Below the pieces are notes generated by a model. It was given only the letters and a program-made list of their open reading frames with translations. It made no database searches and was not told the origin of the DNA. Shown one piece after another: positions 38,848 to 47,632 of a DNA stretch of 50,239 nt. The position numbers were made by a program, and so were the translations under genes. The DNA lies in the NCBI GenBank assembly GCA_964345605.1, contig CAYFSA010000004.1, positions 1 through 50,239 of the forward strand, read 5' to 3'. Origin of the DNA: an uncultured Ectothiorhodospiraceae bacterium (lineage in GTDB: Bacteria; Pseudomonadota; Gammaproteobacteria; CAYFSA01). Within the stretch, counting starts at the first letter, position 1, and each line of letters opens with the position of its first letter.

Positions 38848-40035
38848 ATGGGGCCGATACACACGGCGCAACCGGCGCTGTATGCCGCCTTTGACCGCTT
38901 TCCCGCCGCCAAAGGCGCCGCTACCCATATCCGCCATGCCGCAGCCAGCCTGGCCGCCGCTTATGGCAGTACCTGGCTGACGGTACTGGGCAGCCCCACC
39001 CTGCCCCAATTCCAGCAGGAAGGCCCGATCACCATCTGGCGCTGGAACGCCCAAGCAGCAACGAATATGTTGGACCGCGCCGCGGCTTACAGCGGCTGGC
39101 TCGAAGGGATTGTCAGGCATATCGGGCCGTGCTTGCAGGTTACGCAGTTTCGCGACCCCTGGTCGGGTATCGCGATTCTGCGCGCCAGTGAGCGTCATAC
39201 CCGCCATATCTACGAAATCAATGGCCTGCCATCCATCGAACTGAGCGAGCGCTATCCCTGGCTGGCCCCCGCGACTCAGGCCAAACTAAGGACGCTGGAG
39301 CAATACTGCTGGCAGCACGCCGCTGCCATCGTCACCCCGGGCCAGACCCTCGCCGCGAATCTAATCGGCCTGGGAGTGGCGGCCGACAAAATTCACGTTA
39401 TCCCCAATGGCGCCGCGCTACCCACCGTCCGGCCGCGACCGCCGGCCGCGCCGCCGCGCTATTTGCTGTATTTCGGCGCCTTACAGCCTTGGCAGGGCGT
39501 CGACACTCTGTTGCGGGCCTTTGCCCTGCTGCAAGACTCGGCCGACCTGCAGCTTGTCGTGATCGCGGCCACCTCCCCCCGCCATGCCCGCCGGCTGCAG
39601 CGCTTAGCGGAACAGCTGGGCATCGCTGCGCAGATCCACTGGCTATTTCAGCTCGAGCGCCAGGAATTACTTGCCTGGCTTCAGCATGCCCTAGCCAGCG
39701 TCGCGCCTTTGCGCGAATGTGCCCGCAATATCGAGCAAGGAGCCTGCCCCTTGAAAATCCTTGAGTCCTTGGCCAGTGCCGTCCCGGTGGTCGCCGCCGA
39801 TCTGCCCAGCGTGCGCGAGGTCATGCAGGACGGCCGGCATGGGTATCTGGTCCGCCCCGATCGTCCCGCCGAGCTGAGCCGCGCCTTGCGCCGGCTCCTG
39901 GAAGAACCCGAGCAAGCCCGCCAGATGGGTGCGCAAGGACGGGACTGGATCGCCGAGCATTTCACCTGGTCATTAGCCGAGCGGCGCTCCCAAACCCTGT
40001 ACCGACAACTCCAGAATAGTCCGACACTCGCTTAG
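38848..40035 (+). CDS. Glycosyltransferase, GT-B fold, family 4-like
   Basis: The C-terminal half has the retaining GT4 pattern (YLLYFGALQPWQGVD..., EQGACPLKILESLASAVPVVAADLPSVREVMQDGRHGYLV). Acceptor and donor are unknown. Confidence 0.75.
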   Translation: MGPIHTAQPALYAAFDRFPAAKGAATHIRHAAASLAAAYGSTWLTVLGSPTLPQFQQEGPITIWRWNAQAATNMLDRAAAYSGWLEGIVRHIGPCLQVTQFRDPWSGIAILRASERHTRHIYEINGLPSIELSERYPWLAPATQAKLRTLEQYCWQHAAAIVTPGQTLAANLIGLGVAADKIHVIPNGAALPTVRPRPPAAPPRYLLYFGALQPWQGVDTLLRAFALLQDSADLQLVVIAATSPRHARRLQRLAEQLGIAAQIHWLFQLERQELLAWLQHALASVAPLRECARNIEQGACPLKILESLASAVPVVAADLPSVREVMQDGRHGYLVRPDRPAELSRALRRLLEEPEQARQMGAQGRDWIAEHFTWSLAERRSQTLYRQLQNSPTLA

Positions 40036-40130
40036 TTGCCCACTGCCGGGTGCCCACTGCCGGCAACCGGCCCGCCCCAACCCGTCTTGTGCTGCTGGCT
40101 GCTGCCCAATGACCGCGGATTTGGTTTACC

Positions 40131-40586
40131 ATGCTCGCGCGACCGAGCAACATTGAATTCTGCAACACAGCCGCAGTCAGCGAACTGCGCCAGCGAACCG
40201 AGACACGCATGCCGACCTGTGAGATCAACCAGGGCTTACTCGCCTTAGAACCTTGTGCCGCCCCTACCGACAAGGGTTGTTCACGCTGCCAGCGAGCCGT
40301 TTGCGCGGCGCATTGCCAAACGCTGGCAGATGGCCTTCTGGTTTGCTTTGAATGCCTTGAACCGCACGATCTGGAATTGCCCGGCGAGGGCGAGCTACCT
40401 GCTACCAGCGCCGAGCAAGCCCCTCCTGAAGCTGCAGCAGCGCCAAAGACGCCGGCTTGCCCGGATTTAGCAACCTATTTCGATGCCTATGACCGACAGG
40501 GATTCGCCGCGCGTGACCAGGGCGGCACAGCGGTCAGCGACGCTGAAGGCGAGGCAACCGGGCACGGCGATATTTTCGACAGCTAA
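40131..40586 (+). CDS. Cys-rich small protein with acidic tail (hypothetical; zinc-ribbon/B-box-like)
   Basis: ORF 40131-40586; ATG 40209 (MPTCEINQGL...) is an equally plausible start. Eight Cys lie within 46 residues (C-x11-C-x7-C-x2-C-x4-C-x3-C-x9-C-x2-C), then a Pro/Ala/Glu/Asp-rich tail. It sits between two co-oriented GT genes. No family recognised. Confidence 0.5.
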   Translation: MLARPSNIEFCNTAAVSELRQRTETRMPTCEINQGLLALEPCAAPTDKGCSRCQRAVCAAHCQTLADGLLVCFECLEPHDLELPGEGELPATSAEQAPPEAAAAPKTPACPDLATYFDAYDRQGFAARDQGGTAVSDAEGEATGHGDIFDS

Positions 40587-40598
40587 GCCACCGCGATT

Positions 40599-41741
40599 AT
40601 GAGCTCAAGTGCCTGGCACCTGCTGTGGCTGACCCAAAACTATCCCCCTGATCAGGGAGGCATGGCCCAATCCTGCGACCGGATTGTTGCGGGTCTGCGC
40701 CAGCGCGAGGTGCGCGTGGATATTATCCATTTGCGCCGGGGGACTATCGCCCCCAGTGTTACCCGCCAAATCAACGGCTGCTATATCACGGCACCGATCG
40801 GTGCCGATCCCGCCCATGGCCTCAATTTACTCTGGCACCGACTGCGCCAGGCACCACCGGATTACACCCATGTGGTCGCCTTCGGCGGCCTACTGCCGCT
40901 GCTCGCCGGCCCCGTCTTCGCCGCCTGGCTGGATTGTCCGCTCATTACACTGCTGCGCGGCAATGACCTCGATACAGCGGTTTTCAATCTCAAGCGCCGG
41001 GACCTGCTGCGGGAGGCCGCGACCCAATCCGCCTACGTCTGCTGCGTCAGTCACGAGGCCCAATGGAAACTGCAGCGCCTGTTGCCGCGCTGCCGCACGG
41101 CGGTCATCCCCAGTGGCCTCGACAGCAGCGACTGGCAAGCCAGCCAGTCGGATCAGCGCCAGGCTGTGGCATTTCGACAGCAGCATGCGGCTGCCGCGCA
41201 CCGGATTTTGGGGCTATTCGGGCATATCAAACCGAAAAAAGGCGGGCTATTCTTCCTGCAAACCTTGCTGGCTTCCGGCCGGGCTGACCGCTTTCATCTG
41301 CTGTTGGCCGGGCAGCTCGACCCGGCGGTCACTGCCTATCTCCTTCAGCAAACGCCCCGGCTCACTTATACGCAGCTCCCGTTTATGGATCGGTACGCGC
41401 TGCTGCCTCGGTATCTGGCCTGCGATCTCGTGGCGATTCCGTCCTATTACGACGGCCTGCCCAATGTCATGCTCGAAGCGGCGGCTTTAGGTATCCCTTT
41501 GCTTGCCGCCGAGGTCGGCGGCATGGCCGATCATCTCGACCACGGCGAACATGGCTGGCTGTTTTATCCGGGCGACCCGCATAGCTGTCGGGCTGCCATC
41601 CAGCAGGCCAGCGAGGCGAGTGATGCCGAACTCAGCCGTTTGGGCCGGCAGGCGCAGCACCTGGTGGGGGAAACATTGAGCCACACACGGGAAATCGAGG
41701 GCTATCTCGGTATCCTGGCGCGCCTGCGGCCAATTCAATGA
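40599..41741 (+). CDS. Glycosyltransferase, GT-B fold, family 4-like
   Basis: YPPDQGGMAQS N-terminus and C-terminal GLPNVMLEAAALGIPLLAAEVGGMADHLDHGEHGWLF (EX7E-type motif). Confidence 0.8.
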   Translation: MSSSAWHLLWLTQNYPPDQGGMAQSCDRIVAGLRQREVRVDIIHLRRGTIAPSVTRQINGCYITAPIGADPAHGLNLLWHRLRQAPPDYTHVVAFGGLLPLLAGPVFAAWLDCPLITLLRGNDLDTAVFNLKRRDLLREAATQSAYVCCVSHEAQWKLQRLLPRCRTAVIPSGLDSSDWQASQSDQRQAVAFRQQHAAAAHRILGLFGHIKPKKGGLFFLQTLLASGRADRFHLLLAGQLDPAVTAYLLQQTPRLTYTQLPFMDRYALLPRYLACDLVAIPSYYDGLPNVMLEAAALGIPLLAAEVGGMADHLDHGEHGWLFYPGDPHSCRAAIQQASEASDAELSRLGRQAQHLVGETLSHTREIEGYLGILARLRPIQ

Positions 41742-42667
41742 GCCATGGCGAGCAAGGCCCAGCGGGCAGGCACATGTTTTATGCGCTAGGCGGCGGATTG
41801 GGCCATGTGACCCGCATTCGCGCCCTGATCCATACGTTGGACTTGGCCGGCCCGATGGTCACGCTGAGCAGCAGCTCGTTGGCGGCGGCGCCGCCGTTTG
41901 CACCAACGCCGCACGTCCTCCTGCCGCCGGCGGCGAGCCGGCAGCGACCCCAGGCGCTGCAACGCTGGGTACAGGCTTGTATCCGACAGTTTCAGCCACG
42001 TGATTTCTGGGTGGATGCCTTCCCGGCGGGGATACTGGGTGAACTGGATGCAATCCCGGAACTGGCCGGCGTGAACTGTTCACATATCGCCCGCCTGCTG
42101 CACTGGCCGCGCTATCAGGCCCGGCTGCCGGCACGGCCACTTCACTACCGCCGCGCCTATGTCTGCGAGACGCTCACCGCCCCGCATCTCGCCTACCTGC
42201 AGAATCGTAGCGAAACATTGGCGCCGCTCAACTTGACCGATCCGCCACCACCGCCCGCCGCCCTGAGGAACCCACTGGCGGCGACACACGGCGCCGACAG
42301 CGAGCGCTGGCTGATCGTACATGCCGGCCCAGCCCAAGAAACACAAGCGCTTATCAGGCATGCCGAGCGGCTTAAACAGCGAGCCCAGAGCGCGGTGCAA
42401 TTACTGCTGGTCACGCCCCGACATAGCGATTCGCTGCCAACCTCGATCCCGAGCATCGCCGCCTATCCACTTGAGCCGCTGCTGCCCCATGCCGACCGGC
42501 TCATTTCCGCTTGTGGGTTTAACGTGATGCGCCAAGCTCAGGCCTGTGCCATACCGCATGATTTTCTGGCCTTTCCGCGGGCGCTCGACAATCAACTACT
42601 GCGCGGCCTGCGGCGCCGGCAGGCCTGGCCACGGACCGCTAGTCATCAGTCCGTGGCCAAGCGCTAG
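41738..42667 (+). CDS. Putative glycosyltransferase (MurG/GT28-like GGGxGH N-terminus)
   Basis: ATGA overlap with the preceding GT gene. FYALGGGLGHVTR near the N-terminus and a C-terminal ISACGFNVMRQAQACAIPHDFLAFPRALDNQ resembling the GT-B C-terminal nucleotide-sugar pocket. The functional call is weak. Confidence 0.55.
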   Translation: MSHGEQGPAGRHMFYALGGGLGHVTRIRALIHTLDLAGPMVTLSSSSLAAAPPFAPTPHVLLPPAASRQRPQALQRWVQACIRQFQPRDFWVDAFPAGILGELDAIPELAGVNCSHIARLLHWPRYQARLPARPLHYRRAYVCETLTAPHLAYLQNRSETLAPLNLTDPPPPPAALRNPLAATHGADSERWLIVHAGPAQETQALIRHAERLKQRAQSAVQLLLVTPRHSDSLPTSIPSIAAYPLEPLLPHADRLISACGFNVMRQAQACAIPHDFLAFPRALDNQLLRGLRRRQAWPRTASHQSVAKR

Positions 42668-42697
42668 GCAACGGTTAGGCCAGTTGAATCCGGCCGC

Positions 42698-43318
42698 TCA
42701 GCAAATCTGATCGACCGTACCGGGGCGCTGGGCCGGGTCGGCCAGGGTCAGCACCGGATGCCCGGCGGCCGCTAGCATTTCGCATAACCGAATCAGGGGC
42801 AGGCCGACCAGGGCATTGGGATCGCTGCCCTCCATGCGCGTGAACAAGGCCACGCCCAGCCCCTCGGACTTGAAGCTGCCGGCACAGTCATAAGGCTGTT
42901 CGGTACGCAGATAGCGCTCGATTTCCGCCGCGGTCAGCTCGCGGAAATGTACGCTGTAGGCCACCACATCGACCTGCTCGAAGTCCCGCTCGCAATCCAA
43001 CAAGCATAAGCTAGTCAGGAAGGTCACCGCCCGCCCCGACCAACGCTTGAGCTGGGCCACGGCCTGCTCATGATGCTGGGGCTTACCGACGATATGGTCA
43101 TCCTGCACGGCGCATTGGTCGGAACCGATGACCAGGCTGTCGGGCTCGGCCACGGCGCGGGCCTTGGCACTGGCCAAACGCCTGACCATGGCCTCGGCCG
43201 TCTCCTGTGGCAGGCACGTCTCGTCAATCATAGGGGCCTGGGTGGTGAACGGCAGGCCCAGCCGGCAAAGCAGGGCGCGCCGATACGGCGAGCTGGAGGC
43301 GAGGACGAGCTTGGTCAT
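42698..43318 (-). CDS. yceF: Maf-family nucleotide pyrophosphatase, YceF subtype
   Basis: ATG 43318 gives MTKLVLASSSPYRRALLCRLGLPF...GSDQCAV...CAGSFKSEGLGVALFTRMEGSDPNALVGLPLIRLCEML, colinear with E. coli YceF. Confidence 0.9.
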   Translation of the reverse strand: MTKLVLASSSPYRRALLCRLGLPFTTQAPMIDETCLPQETAEAMVRRLASAKARAVAEPDSLVIGSDQCAVQDDHIVGKPQHHEQAVAQLKRWSGRAVTFLTSLCLLDCERDFEQVDVVAYSVHFRELTAAEIERYLRTEQPYDCAGSFKSEGLGVALFTRMEGSDPNALVGLPLIRLCEMLAAAGHPVLTLADPAQRPGTVDQIC

Positions 43319-43355
43319 AATGATTATCCGGACATGACTTACCGACCCGTAACAC

Positions 43356-45191
43356 CTAGTGCTCGGTAATGACCACCAGCGTCTCGTCGGGGTTGACGTT
43401 TTCGCCCTTGGCAACCAGGATTTCGCTGACCTCGCCGGCCACGGGGGCCTGAATCTCGGTTTCCATTTTCATGGCTTCGGTGATCAGAATCGGATCGCCG
43501 GCGGCGACCTGATCACCCACCGCAACCAGAACATCGACGATGGTGCCGGGCATCGAGGTGCCGACATGGCCCGGCTGGATGGCCGGCGGCCGCTGACTGC
43601 TGCCTTCCTTGCCCGCGCTTTGCTGATTATTGGTCTTGGGCGGGGCGAATTCGCCCAGGGTCTCGACCACGATCTCCTCGGGCATGCCGTCGATACTCAG
43701 GTAGACCGAGCGGCTGTCATTGTGCTTGTGACCGGCCCCGGTGATATGCACATGATAGGTCTCGCCATGCAGGGTCACCTTGAACTCCTCGGGTGGCCTC
43801 TCTTCAGCCGACATCTCGGTTTGTACCGGGGCCGGCTCGAGCGGCTCGGGCATGAGGGTGCCGGCCTGGCGCTGGGCGAGGAAGTCCCGGCCGATCTCGG
43901 GGAACATGGCATAGCTCAGCACATCTTCCTCGCTGTGGGCGAGCTCGCCAATGGCCGCGGTGAGATTGGCCATCTCATCGGGCAGCAAATCCGCCGGGCG
44001 CGCCGTGATGATATCGGCATGGCCGATGGCTTTTTGCTGGATCAAGGGATCGACCTCACCCGGGGCGCGGCCGTAGCGGCCCTGCAGATAGGCCTTGACC
44101 TCGTTGGTGATGGTCTTGTAGCGCTCGCCGACGATCACGTTCAGGGTCGCCTGCGTGCCGACGATCTGTGAGGTCGGCGTCACCAGCGGTGGATAGCCGA
44201 GTTCTTCGCGCACCCGAGGAATTTCGGCCAGCACCTCCGACAGCTTGTCCAGCGCGCCCTGATCGCGGAGCTGGTTGATCATATTGGAGATCATGCCACC
44301 CGGTACCTGATAGGTCTGCACCCGGGTATCCAGGCCGGTGAACTCGCTCTCGAACTGGTGATATTTCTTGCGGATCGCATTGAAATAAAAGCCGATTTCC
44401 TGCAGCAGCTCGAGATCCAGGCCGGTGTCATGGTCGGTCCCGGCCAGCGCGGCCACCATCGACTCGGTCGGCGCATGGCTGGCGCCGCCGGCGAAGGCGG
44501 AGATGGCCGTGTCGATCCCCCGGGCGCCCTGCTCGAGCGCCTTGAGATGGCACATTTCCGACAGCCCCGAAGTGGCATGGGAGTGCACATGAATCGGCAC
44601 GCCGAGCGTGGCATGCAGACTGGCGGTCAGCTCGGCCGCCGCGGTCGGGGTCAGCAGGCCGGCCATATCCTTGATGGCGATACTGTCACAGCCCATGGCC
44701 TCCATAGCCTTGGCCTGCTCGGTGAAGGCCGCGATGGTATGCACCGGACTGACGGTATAACTGATGCAGCCCTGGGCATGCCGGCCGGCCGCCTTGACCG
44801 CATCGATGGCGACTTTCAGATTGCGGGTATCGTTAAGGGCATCGAACACCCGAAAGACATCGATACCATTGGCGGCCGCCTTGGCGACAAAGGCGCGTAC
44901 GACATCATCGGAATAATGCCGATAGCCGACCAGATTCTGACCGCGCAGCAGCATTTGCAGGCGGGTATTGGGCAAGGCCGCGCGCAATTGCCGCAGACGG
45001 TCCCAGGGGTCTTCCTTCAAAAACCGCAGACAGGCATCGAAGGTGGCGCCACCCCAGACTTCCAGGGACCAAAAGCCGACCCGATCGAGGCGCTCGCACG
45101 CCGGCAGCATGTCCTCGGTGCGCATGCGCGTGGCAATCAGGCATTGATGGGCGTCGCGCAGAATGGTTTCGGTAATATAGGCCTGACTCAT
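43356..45191 (-). CDS. pycB: Pyruvate carboxylase subunit B (carboxyltransferase plus biotinyl carrier; OadA-like)
   Basis: GAGGAAG RBS. ITETILRDAHQCLIATRMR, IKDMAGLL, C-terminal biotinylation motif EAMKMETEI. No oadB/oadG genes are adjacent and a biotin carboxylase gene lies directly upstream, which favours two-subunit pyruvate carboxylase. Confidence 0.85.
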   Translation of the reverse strand: MSQAYITETILRDAHQCLIATRMRTEDMLPACERLDRVGFWSLEVWGGATFDACLRFLKEDPWDRLRQLRAALPNTRLQMLLRGQNLVGYRHYSDDVVRAFVAKAAANGIDVFRVFDALNDTRNLKVAIDAVKAAGRHAQGCISYTVSPVHTIAAFTEQAKAMEAMGCDSIAIKDMAGLLTPTAAAELTASLHATLGVPIHVHSHATSGLSEMCHLKALEQGARGIDTAISAFAGGASHAPTESMVAALAGTDHDTGLDLELLQEIGFYFNAIRKKYHQFESEFTGLDTRVQTYQVPGGMISNMINQLRDQGALDKLSEVLAEIPRVREELGYPPLVTPTSQIVGTQATLNVIVGERYKTITNEVKAYLQGRYGRAPGEVDPLIQQKAIGHADIITARPADLLPDEMANLTAAIGELAHSEEDVLSYAMFPEIGRDFLAQRQAGTLMPEPLEPAPVQTEMSAEERPPEEFKVTLHGETYHVHITGAGHKHNDSRSVYLSIDGMPEEIVVETLGEFAPPKTNNQQSAGKEGSSQRPPAIQPGHVGTSMPGTIVDVLVAVGDQVAAGDPILITEAMKMETEIQAPVAGEVSEILVAKGENVNPDETLVVITEH

Positions 45192-45210
45192 GACTTCCTC
45201 GGGCGTTCAG

Positions 45211-46629
45211 CTACAGCCCTTTATGGGCGGCGTAGGCAGCGGCGACAACGCTGGCGACCTCACGGGTCCGCCGCCGCACGGAATAATCGATCAGCTCGGG
45301 ATGCTGCTCGACGAAAGACGTATCGAATTGACCGCTGCGGAAATCGGCCGAACCGAGAATCGCGAGATGATAGGGGATCGTGGTCTTGACGCCATACACC
45401 CCCATATCGCGCAGCGCCCGGCGGGCGCGGGCGATGAGCTGTTCCCAGGTGAGCGCCCAGACGATGAGCTTGACACACATGGAGTCGTAATAAGGCGGGA
45501 TATGATAGCCCGTATAAATCGCCCCGTCGGTGCGCACCCCCGGCCCGCCCGGGGCGTAGTATTTGGTGATGCGGCCAAAGCTCGGCAGAAAATCGTTCTT
45601 GGGATCCTCGGCATTGATGCGAAATTCGATGCCGATGCCGCGATACTCGATGTCGGCCTGACTTACCGACAGGGGCTTGCCCGCGGCGATACGAATCTGC
45701 TCCTGGACAATATCGATGCCGGTAATGATTTCGGTGACCGGATGCTCGACCTGCAGGCGGGTATTCATCTCCATAAAATAAAAGTTGTCTTCGCCGTCCA
45801 TCAGGAATTCGACCGTGCCGGCGTTGCAATAATCGACCGCCTGCGCGGCGCGGACCGCGAGCTCGCCGATATAGGCTCGCTGGCGCTCATCGAGCTGCGG
45901 CGAGGGCGCGATCTCGAGCAGCTTCTGGTGGCGCCGCTGAATCGAGCAATCGCGCTCGAACAGATGCACTGCATTGCCGTGGCTGTCAGCGAGGATCTGC
46001 ACTTCGATATGGCGCGGATTATCGACGGCCTTTTCCATGAAAATTTCGGCGTTGCCGAAGGCCTTGGACGCCTCGGATAATACCCGTGCATAATTGCGGC
46101 GCAGCGCGGTCGCATCCTCGCAGCGCCGAATCCCCCGGCCGCCGCCGCCGGTGGTAGCCTTGAGCATCACCGGATAACCGATTTGCTCAGCCAGCGCCAA
46201 GGCACTGTCGACATCCGCCAGATTGCCCTCGCTGCCCGGCACCACGGGCACACCGCCGGCAAGCATGGCCGTCCGGGCCTGCACCTTGTCACCCATACGC
46301 TGCATGACTTCGGCACTCGGCCCGACGAAGCACAAATCGGCATTGACACAGGCCAGCGGCAGCTCCGGGTTTTCGGCCAAAAAGCCGTAGCCCGGATGGA
46401 TCGCATCACAGCCGACCGAATTGGCCAGATTCACCAGGCGAGGCGTGTTAAGGTAACCCTCGAGGGATTCGGGGCCGAGACTGTACGATTCATCCGCCTT
46501 TTTCACATGCAGCGCATGACGATCGGCCTCGGTATAGACGGCTACCGAGATGATGCCCATCTCCGCGCAGGCCCGGATAATGCGTACGGCGATCTCGCCC
46601 CGATTGGCAATGAGTAATTTTTTGATCAC
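45211..46629 (-). CDS. pycA: Biotin carboxylase (pyruvate carboxylase subunit A / AccC-like)
   Basis: GTG start. (M)IKKLLIANRGEIAVRIIRACAEMGI, GGGGRGIR, EMNTRLQVEHPVTE. Confidence 0.9.
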   Translation of the reverse strand: MIKKLLIANRGEIAVRIIRACAEMGIISVAVYTEADRHALHVKKADESYSLGPESLEGYLNTPRLVNLANSVGCDAIHPGYGFLAENPELPLACVNADLCFVGPSAEVMQRMGDKVQARTAMLAGGVPVVPGSEGNLADVDSALALAEQIGYPVMLKATTGGGGRGIRRCEDATALRRNYARVLSEASKAFGNAEIFMEKAVDNPRHIEVQILADSHGNAVHLFERDCSIQRRHQKLLEIAPSPQLDERQRAYIGELAVRAAQAVDYCNAGTVEFLMDGEDNFYFMEMNTRLQVEHPVTEIITGIDIVQEQIRIAAGKPLSVSQADIEYRGIGIEFRINAEDPKNDFLPSFGRITKYYAPGGPGVRTDGAIYTGYHIPPYYDSMCVKLIVWALTWEQLIARARRALRDMGVYGVKTTIPYHLAILGSADFRSGQFDTSFVEQHPELIDYSVRRRTREVASVVAAAYAAHKGL

Positions 46630-46758
46630 GAGTGATTACGTCTTTGTCCGCGGCTCAAGCAATGCCAAAATGATGGGAAGCGAGTATCCGTCATTAGTTA
46701 TGCGGATTTCAACCCGTTTTTGCTGCATCGCAACAGTCCAAGCAGTCCAGGCTGCGCT

Positions 46759-46788
46759 TTGACAAGTTTTATCAATTGTTTCTAAACT
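46759..46788 (+). promoter_or_regulatory. Candidate promoter upstream of yceD-rpmF-plsX-fabH
   Basis: TTGACA (46759-46764), 18-bp spacer, TAAACT (46783-46788). It lies only about 10 nt before the yceD ATG, which would imply a very short leader, so confidence is low. Confidence 0.3.
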
Positions 46789-46797
46789 GATTGGCTT

Positions 46798-47331
46798 ATG
46801 TTTGGTACACTACCGCGTGCCATCGACCCCTATTTTTATGCCGCACAGCAGCGCGACCTGCAGGGCCGGCTGGAACTCGCCGGCTTGCCGCGGTTGGTGG
46901 CCGCGACCCGGCGAGTCGTGGGTGCGGCTGAGTTGACAGCAACTTGCCGGCACCACGCCGACGGTCTGTGCAAGCTGCAAGGGCGCTTACAGGCACAACT
47001 GCATCTCAGTTGCCAACGCTGCCTCGGCGAAATCGTGCTGGCAATCGATAGCGAGTTGGATCTGGCCCTGGTCACCACGGAAGCCGAAGCGGCCGCATGG
47101 CAGCAAACCCATGATGTATTGCTGCTCAACGAGAACGGTCTGAACGGTCTGGACATCCAGGCCCTAATTGAGGACGAATTGCTGCTGCATATACCGCTAG
47201 CGCCCATGCATACCGATCCTGCGGCTTGCGATCCCGAGATGCTGGCCTATTTGCAGGCCGAGCCACTGCCCGAGAAACCGGCGCGGGAGAACCCCTTCGC
47301 TATCCTGGCCCGGTTGAAGCGTAACGAATGA
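46798..47331 (+). CDS. yceD: YceD (DUF177) large-subunit ribosome accumulation protein
   Basis: Precedes rpmF as in most bacteria. CQRCLGEI motif, acidic C-terminal half, NPFAILARLKR tail. Confidence 0.9.
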   Translation: MFGTLPRAIDPYFYAAQQRDLQGRLELAGLPRLVAATRRVVGAAELTATCRHHADGLCKLQGRLQAQLHLSCQRCLGEIVLAIDSELDLALVTTEAEAAAWQQTHDVLLLNENGLNGLDIQALIEDELLLHIPLAPMHTDPAACDPEMLAYLQAEPLPEKPARENPFAILARLKRNE

Positions 47332-47352
47332 CGTGAAAGGAGATTTAAACCC

Positions 47353-47550
47353 ATGGCTGTGCAACAAAACCGCAAAACGCGCGCCAAGCGCGGCATGCGC
47401 CGCTCCCATGACGGGCTGAAAAAACACCCGGCCCTGTCCACCGATCCGCATACCGGCGAGGTCCATCGGCGCCATCATGTCACTGCAGACGGCTTTTACC
47501 GGGGCCGTCAGGTTATCTTAAACAATGATGCCACGGATGACGAGGATTAA
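47353..47550 (+). CDS. rpmF: 50S ribosomal protein L32
   Basis: [29 protein letters not shown] is the canonical L32 N-terminus. Confidence 0.97.
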   Translation: MAVQQNRKTRAKRGMRRSHDGLKKHPALSTDPHTGEVHRRHHVTADGFYRGRQVILNNDATDDED

Positions 47551-47632
47551 GCGCGGTATGCCGGCGCCACCCCGGGTTGCTCGGCTGCGCCTGGCCGCGC
47601 CGCCACTGATTCTCCGCCACGAGTAGCGACCC

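Noticed and set aside
40684-41490. 268-aa alternative-frame ORF inside the second glycosyltransferase gene
   Set aside because: It shares the strand but is in a different frame. Its composition is Cys/Arg/Ser-rich with no motifs, whereas the 40599-41741 frame has the GT4 EX7E region.
44358-46080. Two long plus-strand ORFs (343 and 296 aa) across pycB/pycA
   Set aside because: They are antisense to genes with clear biotin-carboxylase and carboxyltransferase signatures, and no recognisable domains are present.
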